64,000 nucleotides of DNA from Phormidesmis sp. GTDB lineage: Bacteria; Cyanobacteriota; Cyanobacteriia; Leptolyngbyales; Leptolyngbyaceae. Each line of letters begins with the position of its first letter. Within the stretch, counting starts at the first letter, position 1. This document shows positions 29,029-40,710 of the stretch, piece by piece. The position numbers were made by a program, and so were the translations under genes. The stretch spans positions 1,824,001-1,888,000 of the forward strand of contig CBDFJR010000002.1 in the NCBI GenBank assembly GCA_965248535.1, written 5' to 3'. The notes beneath the pieces were generated by a model. The model was not told where the DNA came from. It worked only from the letters and a program-made list of their open reading frames with translations, and did no database searches.

Positions 29029-30402
29029 ATGCCCAGCTATCAATTCCCTGAAACCTTCCAGTGGGGCGCGGCGACGGCCGCTTATCAAATTGAAGGAGCC
29101 GCGCAAGCAGACGGCCGCAAACCCAGCGTGTGGGACACCTTTAGCGCCAAACGAGGTCGCACCCTGCGTGGAGACACAGGCGCGATCGCGTGTGATCACT
29201 ACCGTCGCTATGAACAAGACATCAAACTAATGGTGGCGCTGGGCATCAAACACTACCGCTTTAGCCTCTCGTGGAGCCGGATTGTGCCCGATGGTCGAGG
29301 TGCCGTGAATGAAGCAGGCATTGATTTTTATCGACGGTTGGTAGACTGCCTACGATCGCACGATATCACCCCCCACGCCACCCTCTTTCATTGGGACAGT
29401 CCGCAGGCATTAGACGATCGCTATGGCTCGTGGCAGAGTCGAGAAATGGCTCAAGATTTTGCCGATTATGTGACGGCCGTGGTGAGTCGATTGGGCGATC
29501 GCGTCACAAACTGGATGACGCTAAACGAAATTTCCTGCTTTACCCACATGGGCTATGACGTAAACCAAACGCCAAAACACGCTCCCGGCACGCGGGTCAA
29601 GTCTAAACAACAGGTTTGGCAAACCTCTCATCATGCTTTGTTGGCTCATGGGTTGGGGTGTCAAGCGATCCGGGCTGCGTCTCCGGTGCCCTGCATGATT
29701 TCGCTGGTCGATAACCCTGGCATCACCGTTCCTTTAACTGAGTCGGCGGCTGATATTGAAGCGGCTAAAAATGCGTTTCCCTATCACTGTGGCAATGGTG
29801 GAATCATTTATCCAGCGATCACGGGTGAATACAGTTCGCTGTTGCTCGATCAGTTAGGAAGCGATGCGCCTAATATTCGAGCAGGTGATTTAGAAATCAT
29901 TCATCAACCTATTGATTTTTTAGGACTAAATATTTACACAGGAACTTACATTCGCGCTGCCGATAATTTTCAAGGCTGTGAGTGGATTGATTTTTCTAAA
30001 GGCTATCCAGCGATGCATATGCCGTGGTTGCAGCTAGTGCCAGAAAGCTTATATTGGGGCATTCGTCACGTTAGCGCAACGTTAAACCGTCCTGATCTAC
30101 CCATTTTGATCACTGAAAATGGCTGTGCTGCTCAAGACGAAGTGACCCGATCGGGCGAAGTGATTGACAACGATCGCATTCTCTATCTGCGTCAATATCT
30201 CAAAGCCGTTCACCGAGCCGTTGACGAAGGCTATCCCATTCGCGGTTATTTTGTCTGGAGCTTGATGGATAATTTTGAATGGTCGTGGGGATTCGATCGG
30301 CGATTTGGCATCACCTACATCGACTATCGCACCCAAAAACGGATTCCCAAAGCCAGCTACCACTGGTACGCTGAGTGCATTCGCCAACATCGAGTCGTTT
30401 AA
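29029..30402 (+). CDS. Beta-glucosidase, glycoside hydrolase family 1
   Basis: FQWGAATAAYQIEG, TLNE and ITENG catalytic motifs, WSLMDNFEW. Confidence 0.93.
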   Translation: MPSYQFPETFQWGAATAAYQIEGAAQADGRKPSVWDTFSAKRGRTLRGDTGAIACDHYRRYEQDIKLMVALGIKHYRFSLSWSRIVPDGRGAVNEAGIDFYRRLVDCLRSHDITPHATLFHWDSPQALDDRYGSWQSREMAQDFADYVTAVVSRLGDRVTNWMTLNEISCFTHMGYDVNQTPKHAPGTRVKSKQQVWQTSHHALLAHGLGCQAIRAASPVPCMISLVDNPGITVPLTESAADIEAAKNAFPYHCGNGGIIYPAITGEYSSLLLDQLGSDAPNIRAGDLEIIHQPIDFLGLNIYTGTYIRAADNFQGCEWIDFSKGYPAMHMPWLQLVPESLYWGIRHVSATLNRPDLPILITENGCAAQDEVTRSGEVIDNDRILYLRQYLKAVHRAVDEGYPIRGYFVWSLMDNFEWSWGFDRRFGITYIDYRTQKRIPKASYHWYAECIRQHRVV

Positions 30403-30414
30403 TATCCATCGCTC

Positions 30415-30843
30415 ATGGCTGCTGCTACTAAAAAACTTCCCTGGCTGTCTCTCGCCTTGCTGCTAGCGGCCCACATCGCGTTTGGCAAGCTTCTGGCATC
30501 GACCCCTCATTCTCTGGCGACGTTTGGCTTTGCGATCGTGTGGGCGCTGGTGATGGCTCTAGTGTTTGTCAACCCCCTGACAGGTCTGAGACACCTAGTT
30601 TTCCGGTGGTTTACCTCCGATACGGTGGCGTTTTGTGCTCTGGTGGCCGGGGCCGCTTTTGCCTCGATCGTGCTCAACTGGCTCAAGATCTTTGTGCCGA
30701 TTTTGTTGGTTCTATCGGCCGAAGCTTTGGCTCGAATTGACCTGCTCACCGCAGAATTCAACAACATCCAAACCTGCACACTGCTAATCGTGACTGCGTG
30801 GCTCGGCTTGGGGCTAGGCTGGGCGCTGGGGCAGTTTCTTTAA
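30415..30843 (+). CDS. Hypothetical membrane protein
   Basis: Hydrophobic 142-aa ORF directly after the GH1 gene. Confidence 0.7.
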   Translation: MAAATKKLPWLSLALLLAAHIAFGKLLASTPHSLATFGFAIVWALVMALVFVNPLTGLRHLVFRWFTSDTVAFCALVAGAAFASIVLNWLKIFVPILLVLSAEALARIDLLTAEFNNIQTCTLLIVTAWLGLGLGWALGQFL

Positions 30844-30871
30844 GAAAGAGGATTCGATAAATTCAAACTCT

Positions 30872-31579
30872 TTAGCGATCGAAATAGATCCGCGTATCTA
30901 ACTTTCCTCGGTCTCTAAGAAAGCGCCCCATCGTCTCTGCTTGCTGACGCTGGGCAAACGGGCCCACAGCCAGATGAGGGCCTAACGGACGGTCTCTTAG
31001 CTGAATTGAGCTTTGTTGAACTCCTAATCGCAGGGCACGATCGCGAAAATCACTCAAGTCCGATCGCGATCCAGGAACGACCACATAGTAGCCTCTCGCA
31101 CTGTTTCCCGCCGGGAGCGCCCCCATATTATCGGTGGTGATCTCGCTGGAGATGCCCTGAGCGGCTAACGCTTCGGTCTGCTGACGCGCATTTGCCTCAC
31201 TGCTAAAGACTCCGGCTTGAATCACCCGCCGCCCTCCAAACTGCTGAATAAACGCCCGTGGCTCGACTCGTTTGACTTGCTGCAACATCAGAGCGCTGTC
31301 TCCATTCACAAACACGCGATACTGCGGACGATTGATCGGAGCAGCGATCGGAACTGACGGATTGATCGGAGCCTGATAAACTCGCTCGTTGGGCAAGGGC
31401 GTGCCCTCGATCGGCTGAGTCGGCAACGTCTGGGGAGGCGGTGCGGGAAGGGAAAACCCAGGCGTTTGAGCCGTCGAGATCGGAGCCATTAATACCCATG
31501 AGCATCCCCCCAACAGCAGCGATCGCCCTATTCTTTTCCAGCCAGTTTGGTCAGCAACCCTAGGCGAAACGCAAGTCAT
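30872..31579 (-). CDS. Secreted protein with SPOR-like repeats
   Basis: Signal-like N-terminus, Pro-rich linker, VIQAGVFSSEANA, GPHLAVGPF. Confidence 0.65.
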   Translation of the reverse strand: MTCVSPRVADQTGWKRIGRSLLLGGCSWVLMAPISTAQTPGFSLPAPPPQTLPTQPIEGTPLPNERVYQAPINPSVPIAAPINRPQYRVFVNGDSALMLQQVKRVEPRAFIQQFGGRRVIQAGVFSSEANARQQTEALAAQGISSEITTDNMGALPAGNSARGYYVVVPGSRSDLSDFRDRALRLGVQQSSIQLRDRPLGPHLAVGPFAQRQQAETMGRFLRDRGKLDTRIYFDR

Positions 31580-31759
31580 GTAGATTAACCCCACCGCTAC
31601 AAAATTTTGCGGTAATCGTAACACAAACCAACGATCCCAGAAAAATCAACGATCGGGGACAATGTTGTATTCTCTGAGTTCGGTCTTTTTGTGGCTACTA
31701 AAATAAAACTTGACTGATACCAATTTCGGATGCAATTGCGACTGATCGTTCAATCCGAC

Positions 31760-31784
31760 GGGGCACGGCATGCCATGCCCCTAC
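31760..31784. repeat. REP-like palindrome (family A)
   Basis: GGGGCACGGCA-TGCCATGCCCCTAC. Confidence 0.65.
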
Positions 31785-31842
31785 CGTGCCCTCGTGCGGA
31801 TCTGTCGCATTCACAAATCAAATTGGTATGAGATCGAATCTT

Positions 31843-34836
31843 CTAACCCTCGTAAGCCTCCATTGGCAGGCAAGAGCAGACGAGATTGCGATCGCCATAG
31901 GCGTTGTCAATGCGTCCGACTGCTGCCCAAAATTTATTCTCTCGCGTCCAAGGTGTTGGGTAGGCGGCCCGCTGGCGAGAATAGGGACGGCTCCACTCAT
32001 CAGCCGTTAGATCAGCCGCCGTGTGAGGCGCATTTTTGAGCAGATTATTATGGCGATCGACTCCCCCCGTTTCAATTTCGCGAATCTCTTCGCGAATGGC
32101 AATCATGGCATCACAAAAGCGATCGAGTTCTGCTTTTGATTCGCTCTCGGTCGGCTCAACCATTACCGTACCCGCCACGGGCCAAGACACCGTAGGCGGA
32201 TGAAACCCATAGTCAATCAACCGCTTGGCGATGTCATCAACTTCGACTTCAGCAGATTTTTTAAACTGGCGCAAATCGAGAATGCACTCGTGAGCCACCC
32301 AGCCATTTTTGCCCTTATAAAGCACGGGATAGTGATTTTCTAGCCGTTTGGCAATGTAGTTAGCATTCAGAATCGCTACCTCAGTGGCTTTGGTTAAGCC
32401 CGTTCCGCCCATGAGCGCGATATACATCCACGAGATCGGCAAAATGCTAGAACTGCCCCAGGGAGCCGCCGACACCGCCCCGATCGAGCTTGAAGTTTGC
32501 GCGTTAAGGTGAACCACCGAGTGACCCGGCAAGAACGGCACCAGATGGGCAGAGACTCCGATCGGGCCCATCCCCGGCCCGCCGCCCCCGTGGGGAATGC
32601 AGAAAGTTTTGTGCAGATTTAAATGACAGACATCAGCCCCAAAATCACCGGGACGACAGAGACCAACCTGAGCGTTGAGGTTTGCCCCATCTAAATAGAC
32701 TTGCCCGCCGTGATCATGCACGATCGTGCAGATCTCTCGAATGCCTGCTTCAAAAACGCCGTGAGTTGATGGATAAGTCACCATCAGCGCCGCTAAATGG
32801 CTCTGATGTTTTTCGGCTTTTGACTGCAAATCAGCGAGGTCAATATTGCCGTCAGTGTCACAGGCGACGGGCACGACCTGCATCCCTGCCATGACTGCGC
32901 TAGCCGGATTGGTGCCGTGGGCAGACTGAGGAATCAAACAGAGATTGCGATGCCCTTCTCCGCGCTGTTGGTGATAGCGCTGGATAACCAGCAGCCCGGT
33001 ATATTCGCCCTGAGAGCCTGCGTTGGGCTGCAACGAGATGCCCGCAAATCCGGTGATTTCTGCTAGCCAATCTTCTAGCTGTTGAAACAGAATTTGATAG
33101 CCCTGAGTTTGTTCAATCGGCGCAAAGGGGTGAATCTGCCCAAACTCAGCCCACGTCACAGGCAGCATTTCAGCGGTGCCGTTCAGCTTCATGGTGCATG
33201 AACCCAGGGGAATCATCGCAGTGGTCAACGACAAATCTTTAGACTGGAGCCGATACATATATCGCAACAGGTCTGTCTCGGAGTGGTAGCGATCGAAGAC
33301 TGGGTGAGTCAAATAATCCGTGGTGCGGGTCAGTCCAGCGGGAAAGTCCCGCGAGGCAGGATGCAGCGATGCTAACAAAGTGGACTGACCAGAGAAAACT
33401 TCCAGCAGATCCCGGAGGTCAGATTTAGATGTAGTTTCGTCGATCGCTACCCCGATCGTGCCCTCTCCAATTTTGCGGAGGTTGATGCGATGGGCGATCG
33501 CCCGGTTTAAAATCTCAGCTTGACGATCGCCCACTTCCACCCGCAGCGTGTCAAAAAATGGCTCTGATCCCAGGGAATAGCCGAGGTTTTGCAATCCATT
33601 CGCCAGAGTTGCCGCGATCGTGTGAATGCGATCGGCGATCTGCTTTAGCCCTTGAGCACCGTGGTAAACCGCATACATTCCAGCAATCACGGCTAATAAA
33701 ACTTGAGCCGTGCAGATATTGCTCGTGGCTTTGTCGCGCCGAATGTGCTGTTCACGAGTTTGCAGCGCTAGCCGCAGGGCAGGCTGACCGTTGACATCTT
33801 TTGAGACTCCCACCAAGCGACCGGGAATCTGACGCTTGTAGGCTTCCTTCGTCGCAAAGTAAGCCGCGTGAGGCCCGCCATAGCCGAGGGGAACGCCAAA
33901 TCGCTGAGTGTTGCCGATCGCGATGTCTGCGCCAAATTCGCCGGGGGGTTTTAACAGCGTGAGACTGAGCAAATCGGCAGCAACGGTGACGATCGCCCCC
34001 GCAGCATGAGCACGATCGATAAATTCTCGATAGTCATAAATTGCGCCATCGCTGGCAGGATATTGCAGCAGCGCCCCAAACACGGGCGTTGCAAACTCAA
34101 AGGTGCGGTGATCTCCGACGATGACTTCAATGCCTAAAGGTAGCGATCGGGTGCGAATCACGTCGATCGTTTGGGGATGACACGCCTCTGACACCCAAAA
34201 AGCTTTGGCCCCGGTTTTAGACAATCCATAACTCATCGACATGGCTTCAGCCGCCGCCGTTCCTTCGTCTAGCAGCGACGCATTGGCGATTTCTAGCCCC
34301 GTTAGGTCAATCACCATCGTCTGAAAGTTGAGCAGCGCTTCTAGGCGACCCTGGGCAATTTCGGGCTGATAGGGCGTGTATTGGGTATACCATCCGGGAT
34401 TTTCGAGAATATTGCGCTGAATCACGGGGGGCGTAATGCAGTTGTGATAACCCATGCCGATAAAGGAGCGCCAGATTTGATTCTTTTGGGCGATCGCTTT
34501 TAGGTCTGCCAGCAACTCATATTCACTGCGGCCATCTCTCAACTGCAACGGACGCTGAATCCGAATGTCGGCCGGAACTGCTTGGTCAATCAACGCGCTC
34601 AAAGAGTCTAGTCTCAACGATTTCAGCATTTGCTGAATGTCGCGATCGCTGGGCCCAATATGGCGATCAACAAAGCGATCGGGGTGAGCAAATTCGTCAG
34701 CTTGATCAGCGATCTGGGTCGAACCGTTGCGATCCGAACCGAATTCATAGAGTGAATCGATCTCGGCTGGGCTGGTCTCGCGATCGTCGTCCCTCAGTTC
34801 AGCCGTCGATTGCGCTTGAGTAATAGGCTCTGACAT
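31843..34836 (-). CDS. gcvP: Glycine dehydrogenase (glycine cleavage P protein)
   Basis: [51 protein letters not shown]. Confidence 0.96.
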   Translation of the reverse strand: MSEPITQAQSTAELRDDDRETSPAEIDSLYEFGSDRNGSTQIADQADEFAHPDRFVDRHIGPSDRDIQQMLKSLRLDSLSALIDQAVPADIRIQRPLQLRDGRSEYELLADLKAIAQKNQIWRSFIGMGYHNCITPPVIQRNILENPGWYTQYTPYQPEIAQGRLEALLNFQTMVIDLTGLEIANASLLDEGTAAAEAMSMSYGLSKTGAKAFWVSEACHPQTIDVIRTRSLPLGIEVIVGDHRTFEFATPVFGALLQYPASDGAIYDYREFIDRAHAAGAIVTVAADLLSLTLLKPPGEFGADIAIGNTQRFGVPLGYGGPHAAYFATKEAYKRQIPGRLVGVSKDVNGQPALRLALQTREQHIRRDKATSNICTAQVLLAVIAGMYAVYHGAQGLKQIADRIHTIAATLANGLQNLGYSLGSEPFFDTLRVEVGDRQAEILNRAIAHRINLRKIGEGTIGVAIDETTSKSDLRDLLEVFSGQSTLLASLHPASRDFPAGLTRTTDYLTHPVFDRYHSETDLLRYMYRLQSKDLSLTTAMIPLGSCTMKLNGTAEMLPVTWAEFGQIHPFAPIEQTQGYQILFQQLEDWLAEITGFAGISLQPNAGSQGEYTGLLVIQRYHQQRGEGHRNLCLIPQSAHGTNPASAVMAGMQVVPVACDTDGNIDLADLQSKAEKHQSHLAALMVTYPSTHGVFEAGIREICTIVHDHGGQVYLDGANLNAQVGLCRPGDFGADVCHLNLHKTFCIPHGGGGPGMGPIGVSAHLVPFLPGHSVVHLNAQTSSSIGAVSAAPWGSSSILPISWMYIALMGGTGLTKATEVAILNANYIAKRLENHYPVLYKGKNGWVAHECILDLRQFKKSAEVEVDDIAKRLIDYGFHPPTVSWPVAGTVMVEPTESESKAELDRFCDAMIAIREEIREIETGGVDRHNNLLKNAPHTAADLTADEWSRPYSRQRAAYPTPWTRENKFWAAVGRIDNAYGDRNLVCSCLPMEAYEG

Positions 34837-34944
34837 AAGAAAGTTTAAGGTTGGATTATGAGAGTAAGCTACTTGTAAATATTCTGCAACAATTAGCCCG
34901 ATCTCGGCCCGCTTCCCCCTAAAGGAACGATGCAGCATAGCCCC

Positions 34945-34970
34945 GTACGGGCATGGCATTGCCGTGCCCC
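34945..34970. repeat. REP-like palindrome (family A)
   Basis: GTACGGGCATGGCATTGCCGTGCCCC. Confidence 0.65.
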
Positions 34971-35007
34971 AGGCCTCTACGAACCATCGACAGAATTTAA
35001 ATCACGC

Positions 35008-36958
35008 TCATGATTCTTCCCCACCTTCATCGCTCCCAGAATGACTGGGATGGAAGTAGTCATAAATCTGCTGCGCCAACCGCGGCCCCACACCCGGAAC
35101 CGTCGTCAACTGCGCCGGAGACGCTTCCCGAATGTAGTCGATCGAGCGAAACGTCGCCAAAAGCTGTTTTTGTTTGTGATGCCCCAAGCCCGGAATCTCA
35201 TCGAGGCTCGATCGCCGCATCCGATCGCTGCGCTGCTGCCGATGAAAACTCACCGCAAATCGGTGCGCCTCGTCTCGCAATCGCCGCAAAAGCTGCACCC
35301 CCGGCTGGTCTGCCTCCGTCGTCAGCGGCAGCGATTCCCCCGGCAAAAAAATTTCTTCTCGCTGCTTGGCTAAACTCACCACTTTCACATCTTCGAGCAA
35401 GTTCATATCTCGCAGCACCTTCACCACCGCCGAAAGCTGCCCTTTGCCACCATCAATCATGATCAAATCAGGAAAATCAGCATAGGCAGACGTGTGAGCC
35501 TTCAGCACCGAAGACTCGCTGCTGATCTGCTCCCCTCTGGCTTTGGCCGCCGCATATTTGCGAAAACGCCGACCGATCACCTCCGCCATGCTTGCAAAGT
35601 CATCTGAGTGACCCGACATCACTTTGGGATTTTTGATTTTATAGTGGCGATAGTGCTGTTTGGCAGGCAACCCATCGACAAACACCACCTGAGAAGCCAC
35701 GGCATCCGACCCCTGAATATGAGAGATGTCATAGCCCTCAATGCGGCGCGGCAACTCTGGCAGGTCTAAAATCTCCGCTAAGTCGAGAGTGGCTTGGGCA
35801 TTGCGATCGGCAAATCGCTGCGTTCTCGCCAATTCATATTCGGCGTTGCGCTCTACCATTTCCAGCAGTTCTGCTTTCATCTGGCGTTGCGGGGCCACGA
35901 TCGTCACTTTGCGACCCTTTGCCTGGGTGAGAAATTCTGCCAGCATCTCGGTTTCGGGCAACTCGTGCTGCACCAAAACCTCAGCCGGGATCTCAACCGG
36001 ATCGACACTCTGATAGTGTTCTTCTAACACGCGCTGCAAAATCGCCCCCGGCTCACCTGACTGAGAATCGGCCACAAAGCCCAGTCGCCCCACTAAGCGA
36101 CCCGCCCGAATCTGAAAAAGCTGCACACACGAATGAGTCTCGTCGGCGGCAAGAGCGATCGCGTCTCGCGAAATCGTGTCATCCGGCAGGGCAACTTTTT
36201 GCTCGGCACCGAGAGATTTTAGCCCGATAATCTGGTCGCGCAGGCGGGCCGCGTGCTCAAAGTTAAGCGCTTCAGAGGCTTGCTCCATTTGAGCAGCCAG
36301 GGTTTCTTCAAGCTCACTCGTGCGCCCCTGAAAGATCATCGCTACCTTCTGCACGGTTTTGCGATACTCCTCAGACGTGATCATCGCCTGACACACCCCC
36401 GGACAACGGCCAATATCATAATTGAGACAGGGACGGTCTTTAAACAGAGGCTGAGGACGTTGACGGAGGGGAAAAATCCGCTTGACCAGATGCAGCGTTG
36501 TTCTCAAGCGTGCGAGAGTCTACATAAGGGCCATAGTAGCGATCGCGCTCTTTGCCCATCCGTCTTTTGCGGGTGATGAAAATACGCGGATATTCCTCTG
36601 ACCAAGTGATGCACAGATAGGGATATTTCTTATCGTCTTTCAGCAGCACATTGAAGTGAGGCTGATGCTGCCGAATCAAGTTTGCCTCTAGGGCCAGCGC
36701 TTCAGCTTCGGTGTCGGTGACGATAAACTCAACTTCAACCACCTGACGCAGCATTAAGGCGATTCGAGGTCGGGTGTCGTGCCCATTGAAATAAGAGCGA
36801 ATGCGCGATCGTAGCCGCTTCGATTTGCCGATATAGAGAATTTGATCGCTGCTATCACGCATATAGTAGACCCCCGGTTCTTGAGGAATCTCTTTAATGC
36901 GCCCTTCGAGGCGATCGGGGTCTTGAATTAAAGGAACTGTTTTATTCGTTAGAGTCAC
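35008..36958 (-). pseudogene. uvrC: Excinuclease ABC subunit C, split by a +1 frameshift near 36506 (possibly a sequencing error)
   Basis: GIY-YIG N-terminus ([19 protein letters not shown]) in one frame; [24 protein letters not shown] and HhH in another. Confidence 0.88.
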
Positions 36959-37186
36959 AATAATTTGACGAGGTGGTAACCGTTGCAAGGCCAGATTTTG
37001 CAATCAAGCCGTTGGTCTGTTCCAGGGAGTTGAGTAGGCGGAAAACTGCTCTAGGTTTAGAGGCTCATCTTCATATTCACACCTTCATCTTAAATTTTAA
37101 ACTAGTAATCTCCGTCACCTATTCTCGCCTTCTGCTGTGATAGCTATCTTGTGAGTATCCATCTATACTCGACATACGCACTTTAT

Positions 37187-37387
37187 ATGAACATAAATGA
37201 GTTTGAAGCGCAAACTCGCGATCGTTTAGAGAGAGCACTCAATCAGCTACAAACTGCGACGCTGCTGATTGCCACTCTAGAACTGCAAGTTTCAGAATCA
37301 GGAAACACCATCAAAGATCTCAGTAGAGTAATTGAAACTTTTATTACTCAACAGAAAGGTAGTACTGAGATTTCTGACCCCCAATAA
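37187..37387 (+). CDS. Small coiled-coil hypothetical protein
   Basis: MNINEFEAQTRDRLERALNQLQ heptad pattern. Confidence 0.6.
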   Translation: MNINEFEAQTRDRLERALNQLQTATLLIATLELQVSESGNTIKDLSRVIETFITQQKGSTEISDPQ

Positions 37388-37494
37388 ACCCCAACACTCC
37401 TCACAGAATATGTAAGCCCAGGGAGCCTAAAAATAGCGGAACCTTGGAAAGACCCGTAAACTTTGGCTCCCCTTCAACCCTAGCTTGTCTAATC

Positions 37495-37902
37495 TCAATC
37501 AGGTGCAGCGCCAAGCTCTTCGCGGATCACATCCGTTAGCTGCGACAGTCGAATCGGCTTGACCAAATAGCGACGGGCACCGAGACTCAGGGCCCGCTCT
37601 TGGTCTCGCTGAAAGGCGTAGGCTGAGACCACGATCGTGGGAATTTTTTTCCAATCATCTTGCTGCTGCAACTGCTCTAGCAGCATATAGCCATCAATCA
37701 CAGGCAGCTTTAAGTCTAACAAAATTATTTGAGGGCAAAACTCTTCTAGGGTCACGGCCAGTTGAGTGCCGTCTGCCAGAGCAAACACTTCATAGCCGCA
37801 GTAGCTAAGATAGTCACTCATTAAACGACGATTGGCTTCATTATCTTCAACGAGAAGAATTCGTATCGCAGAATCTGACCCAGAATCTTCAATGATTGTC
37901 AT
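37495..37902 (-). CDS. Single-domain response regulator (CheY/DivK-like)
   Basis: ILLVEDN, ILLDLKLPVIDG, VSAYA, YLVKP. Confidence 0.9.
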   Translation of the reverse strand: MTIIEDSGSDSAIRILLVEDNEANRRLMSDYLSYCGYEVFALADGTQLAVTLEEFCPQIILLDLKLPVIDGYMLLEQLQQQDDWKKIPTIVVSAYAFQRDQERALSLGARRYLVKPIRLSQLTDVIREELGAAPD

Positions 37903-38403
37903 CGCATATGCGCCCTTGTTGACGATGTTCCCGGTCAACTGCACTCTCGGTCAACTGTGAGAATTGGGAGCGAACGCGGCAGAGTTAAGTCATTCCTCTA
38001 GGTCTATAGATTCTCACACTGTTAGCCGCTCAAAATCAAGCAAGTCTGGTTAGATTTGCTACAGCTTCACTCCAAAGACAGACCTCTCAGTCAGACGGCT
38101 CGCCGTGACAATGACTCAACCGCTACCCGGCAGGAAGGATTCCTATCGGTAGCGCTTGCTTTTTTGGGTGACTAGACAAGCGATGGGCGCTGCGGTTCTC
38201 TCGGCATGACCACAGGATCGGTCATCTGTTTTGTGGCGTGGGCGGTGATGGGATCACGGCCAGACCTCCTTCACGCGTGTGACGGCAAGAGAAGCGTGAA
38301 ATCACTAAGTCGTGAAACTTAGGCGCGAGAACGATCGCTCGAATCACATCATCATGGGGAATGTTTTGAACGATGAGAACACTCGTTAGGGTGATTTTGT
38401 CTA

Positions 38404-39060
38404 CTAAATGTGAATCTGACTCAAAATGACGCGCAGACGATCGTAGTCATCTTTGAGCAACAGGCTCAGAGTTCGTCCGGCTTGCACGAGCCAAGAGCGA
38501 TCGGCTTTTCGCAGTTGATAGACTTCTCGAATCGTCGCGGCGGTCAATGCATCAACGGGTGCGCCAGTGACATCCAGCAGCGTTCTTAAAAAATCTAGCT
38601 GTTCACTAAAGGCAATCACTTCGTCGGGATCACAGCCATAGACAGCTTGGTGAATTTGGGGCGGACGGGGCGGCAGATGCTGATAGAAGGCGGCTGACCC
38701 GTTGCGCTTGTCAGGGTTGGGGCGATAGCCGACGATCGCCGCTCTAAACTCAGTTTTGAGCATGGCAAAAATCTGGGGCTGCTGCTCTCGCAAATCGTCT
38801 AGCGATAGCCCTAACGCTCTAGCGCGGTGAACGGAGTCGATCGGGCTAGTGGTGGCGTGATAGACCACCGCATAGATCAGGTTTTTTGACTCGTCATCCA
38901 CAGCCTTCACCCAACTGCCAAACGGGGGCATCACCGGAAAGCTCAAGTTTTCTGGCTCTAGGCACTGGGCTAAAAACTCAGTGGTTGAAGTCTCAATGAC
39001 TTCGGCGATGTAGTTAGCCGGACGGTTTTGAGCGGCAAACTGAGGCAGCGGAAGGCGCAT
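38404..39060 (-). CDS. HAS-barrel domain cyanobacterial protein
   Basis: AEVIETSTTEFLAQC, PPFGSWV, LLKDDYDRL; adjacent to ndhS. Confidence 0.75.
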   Translation of the reverse strand: MRLPLPQFAAQNRPANYIAEVIETSTTEFLAQCLEPENLSFPVMPPFGSWVKAVDDESKNLIYAVVYHATTSPIDSVHRARALGLSLDDLREQQPQIFAMLKTEFRAAIVGYRPNPDKRNGSAAFYQHLPPRPPQIHQAVYGCDPDEVIAFSEQLDFLRTLLDVTGAPVDALTAATIREVYQLRKADRSWLVQAGRTLSLLLKDDYDRLRVILSQIHI

Positions 39061-39072
39061 AGGCGAGAGGAG

Positions 39073-39270
39073 TTATTTGGCTTTTTTCTTGCTTGCGGTT
39101 GGCTCAAGCACCGCGATTTCAGACATCCGAAAGGTGACGAGCTTATCCCAGTTGCCCCCTTCAAACAAAACGGCAACTTTGCCATCACTAATGCGCTGAA
39201 CTAAGCCCTGAAACCCGTAGTAGGTATCGTTGATGTTGGTGACTCGAACGGCTGAACCTGGCAAAATCAT
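39073..39270 (-). CDS. ndhS: NDH-1 subunit S
   Basis: ILPGSAVRV...[31 protein letters not shown]. Confidence 0.93.
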   Translation of the reverse strand: MILPGSAVRVTNINDTYYGFQGLVQRISDGKVAVLFEGGNWDKLVTFRMSEIAVLEPTASKKKAK

Positions 39271-39371
39271 AATGATTACTTAGATGATCGCTACTTGTAG
39301 TTTAAGGGGAGTTGTGGAAATTCGGTCATGGGTTCTTGCGAACGATCGCCGCGAAACTCTTCTATCCTGAA

Positions 39372-40650
39372 TCAAAACTTTAATCGCTGGCGGAAATTAG
39401 CCACTGACTCAACTAGCCCGATCGCCAAAAAATTCATCAACAGTGCGGCGTTGCCAAAACTCAGCCAAGGGTAGCGGAATTCCCGTTACGGGAGACAAAT
39501 TAATCGTCATCCCCACGTTAATCACGACTTGAAAGACGATCATCGAGAAAACCCCGATCGCCAGCAGTGATCCAAAGTCATCTTTGGCGTTTTGAGCAAT
39601 AATCAGCAGCCGAAAGCAAATCAGCAAAAAGGTCAACAAGACAGCAGCCGACCCGATGAAGCCGAGTTCTTCGCCGATCGCCGTAAAAATGAAATCTGTG
39701 TGCTGCTCAGGAATGAAGTTGAGTTGAGTCTGCGTCCCTTTATAGAGGCCGCGTCCCCACAGTTCGCCGGCCCCGATCGCAATGCGCGACTGAATCAAGT
39801 GATAGCCTCCGCCCAGAGGATCTTGATCAGGATTCATAAACATCGTGATGCGCTGTTTTTGGTAGGGCTTGAGCACATATTGCCAGAGCACTCGCCCTAA
39901 ACCGCCTGCGACCAGATTAATCACAACAGGCACCAACGTTCCATAGAGTCGCCAGGGCAGCGTTTTCCAGGCAGTCCAGCCGATGAAGCCGATCCACAGC
40001 GCGATGACCACGATGCCGATCCCCCAAATGGGCAGCAGCACGTTAAACAAAATTGCTGAGATCACCGGGGAAACCAGCAGCAGCAGCCATCCAGGGTTGG
40101 CGTTGCCCCAATAGAGCATCCCGACGGTGATAGAGCCAAAGACCAGCGCTGTGCCTAGGTTTGGCTCTAAAAACACCAGAATCCAGGGCACGGCGGCGAT
40201 CGCCAAAACTTTGACCATCATCGGAATGGTAGAAGCCGATCGCTGATGCAAAACGGCGGCGATCGTGATGATCATGCCCAATTTGGCAAATTCTGACGGC
40301 TGGACGTTAAAGCCAAAAATGCTGATCCAGCGTTGTGCCCCTAGCTCTTCTCGCCCGACAAACATCACCAGCAGCAGCGACGCATTGGTGACCCCATAAA
40401 TAATCCACTTCCACTGCAAGAGTTGGTCATAGCGCCAGCGAGCGATTAGCAAAGCCAAAACCAACCCAACGCTGCCTGTGATCCAGTGTCGCCACCAATC
40501 GGCCCAGCCTGCGTTTAGCTCGACGCTGCGAATCATTAAGCCGCCGAGAATAGTTAGCCCGATCGGGGCCGCAAATAGCCACCAGTCAACCCCCTGCCAA
40601 GGCTGCAACCAATGCTTAAAGCGGAAAGGCAAAGCGGATTTGCGGAACAT
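39372..40650 (-). CDS. rodA: Rod shape-determining protein RodA, apparent +1 frameshift near 39469
   Basis: GAQRWI, QPSEFAK, PEQHTDFIF, PVTGIPLP; the conserved tail WLSFGNAALLMNFLAIGLVESVANFRQRLKF* is in another frame. Confidence 0.88.
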
Positions 40651-40710
40651 AAGCTCAGGATGAAATATCGGCGAAAGGGCGAGAGGTTTGACTCTGAACT
40701 CAAACTTTAG

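Noticed and set aside
36440..36510. Programmed frameshift in uvrC
   Set aside because: No slippery heptamer is visible; similar single-base indels elsewhere point to error
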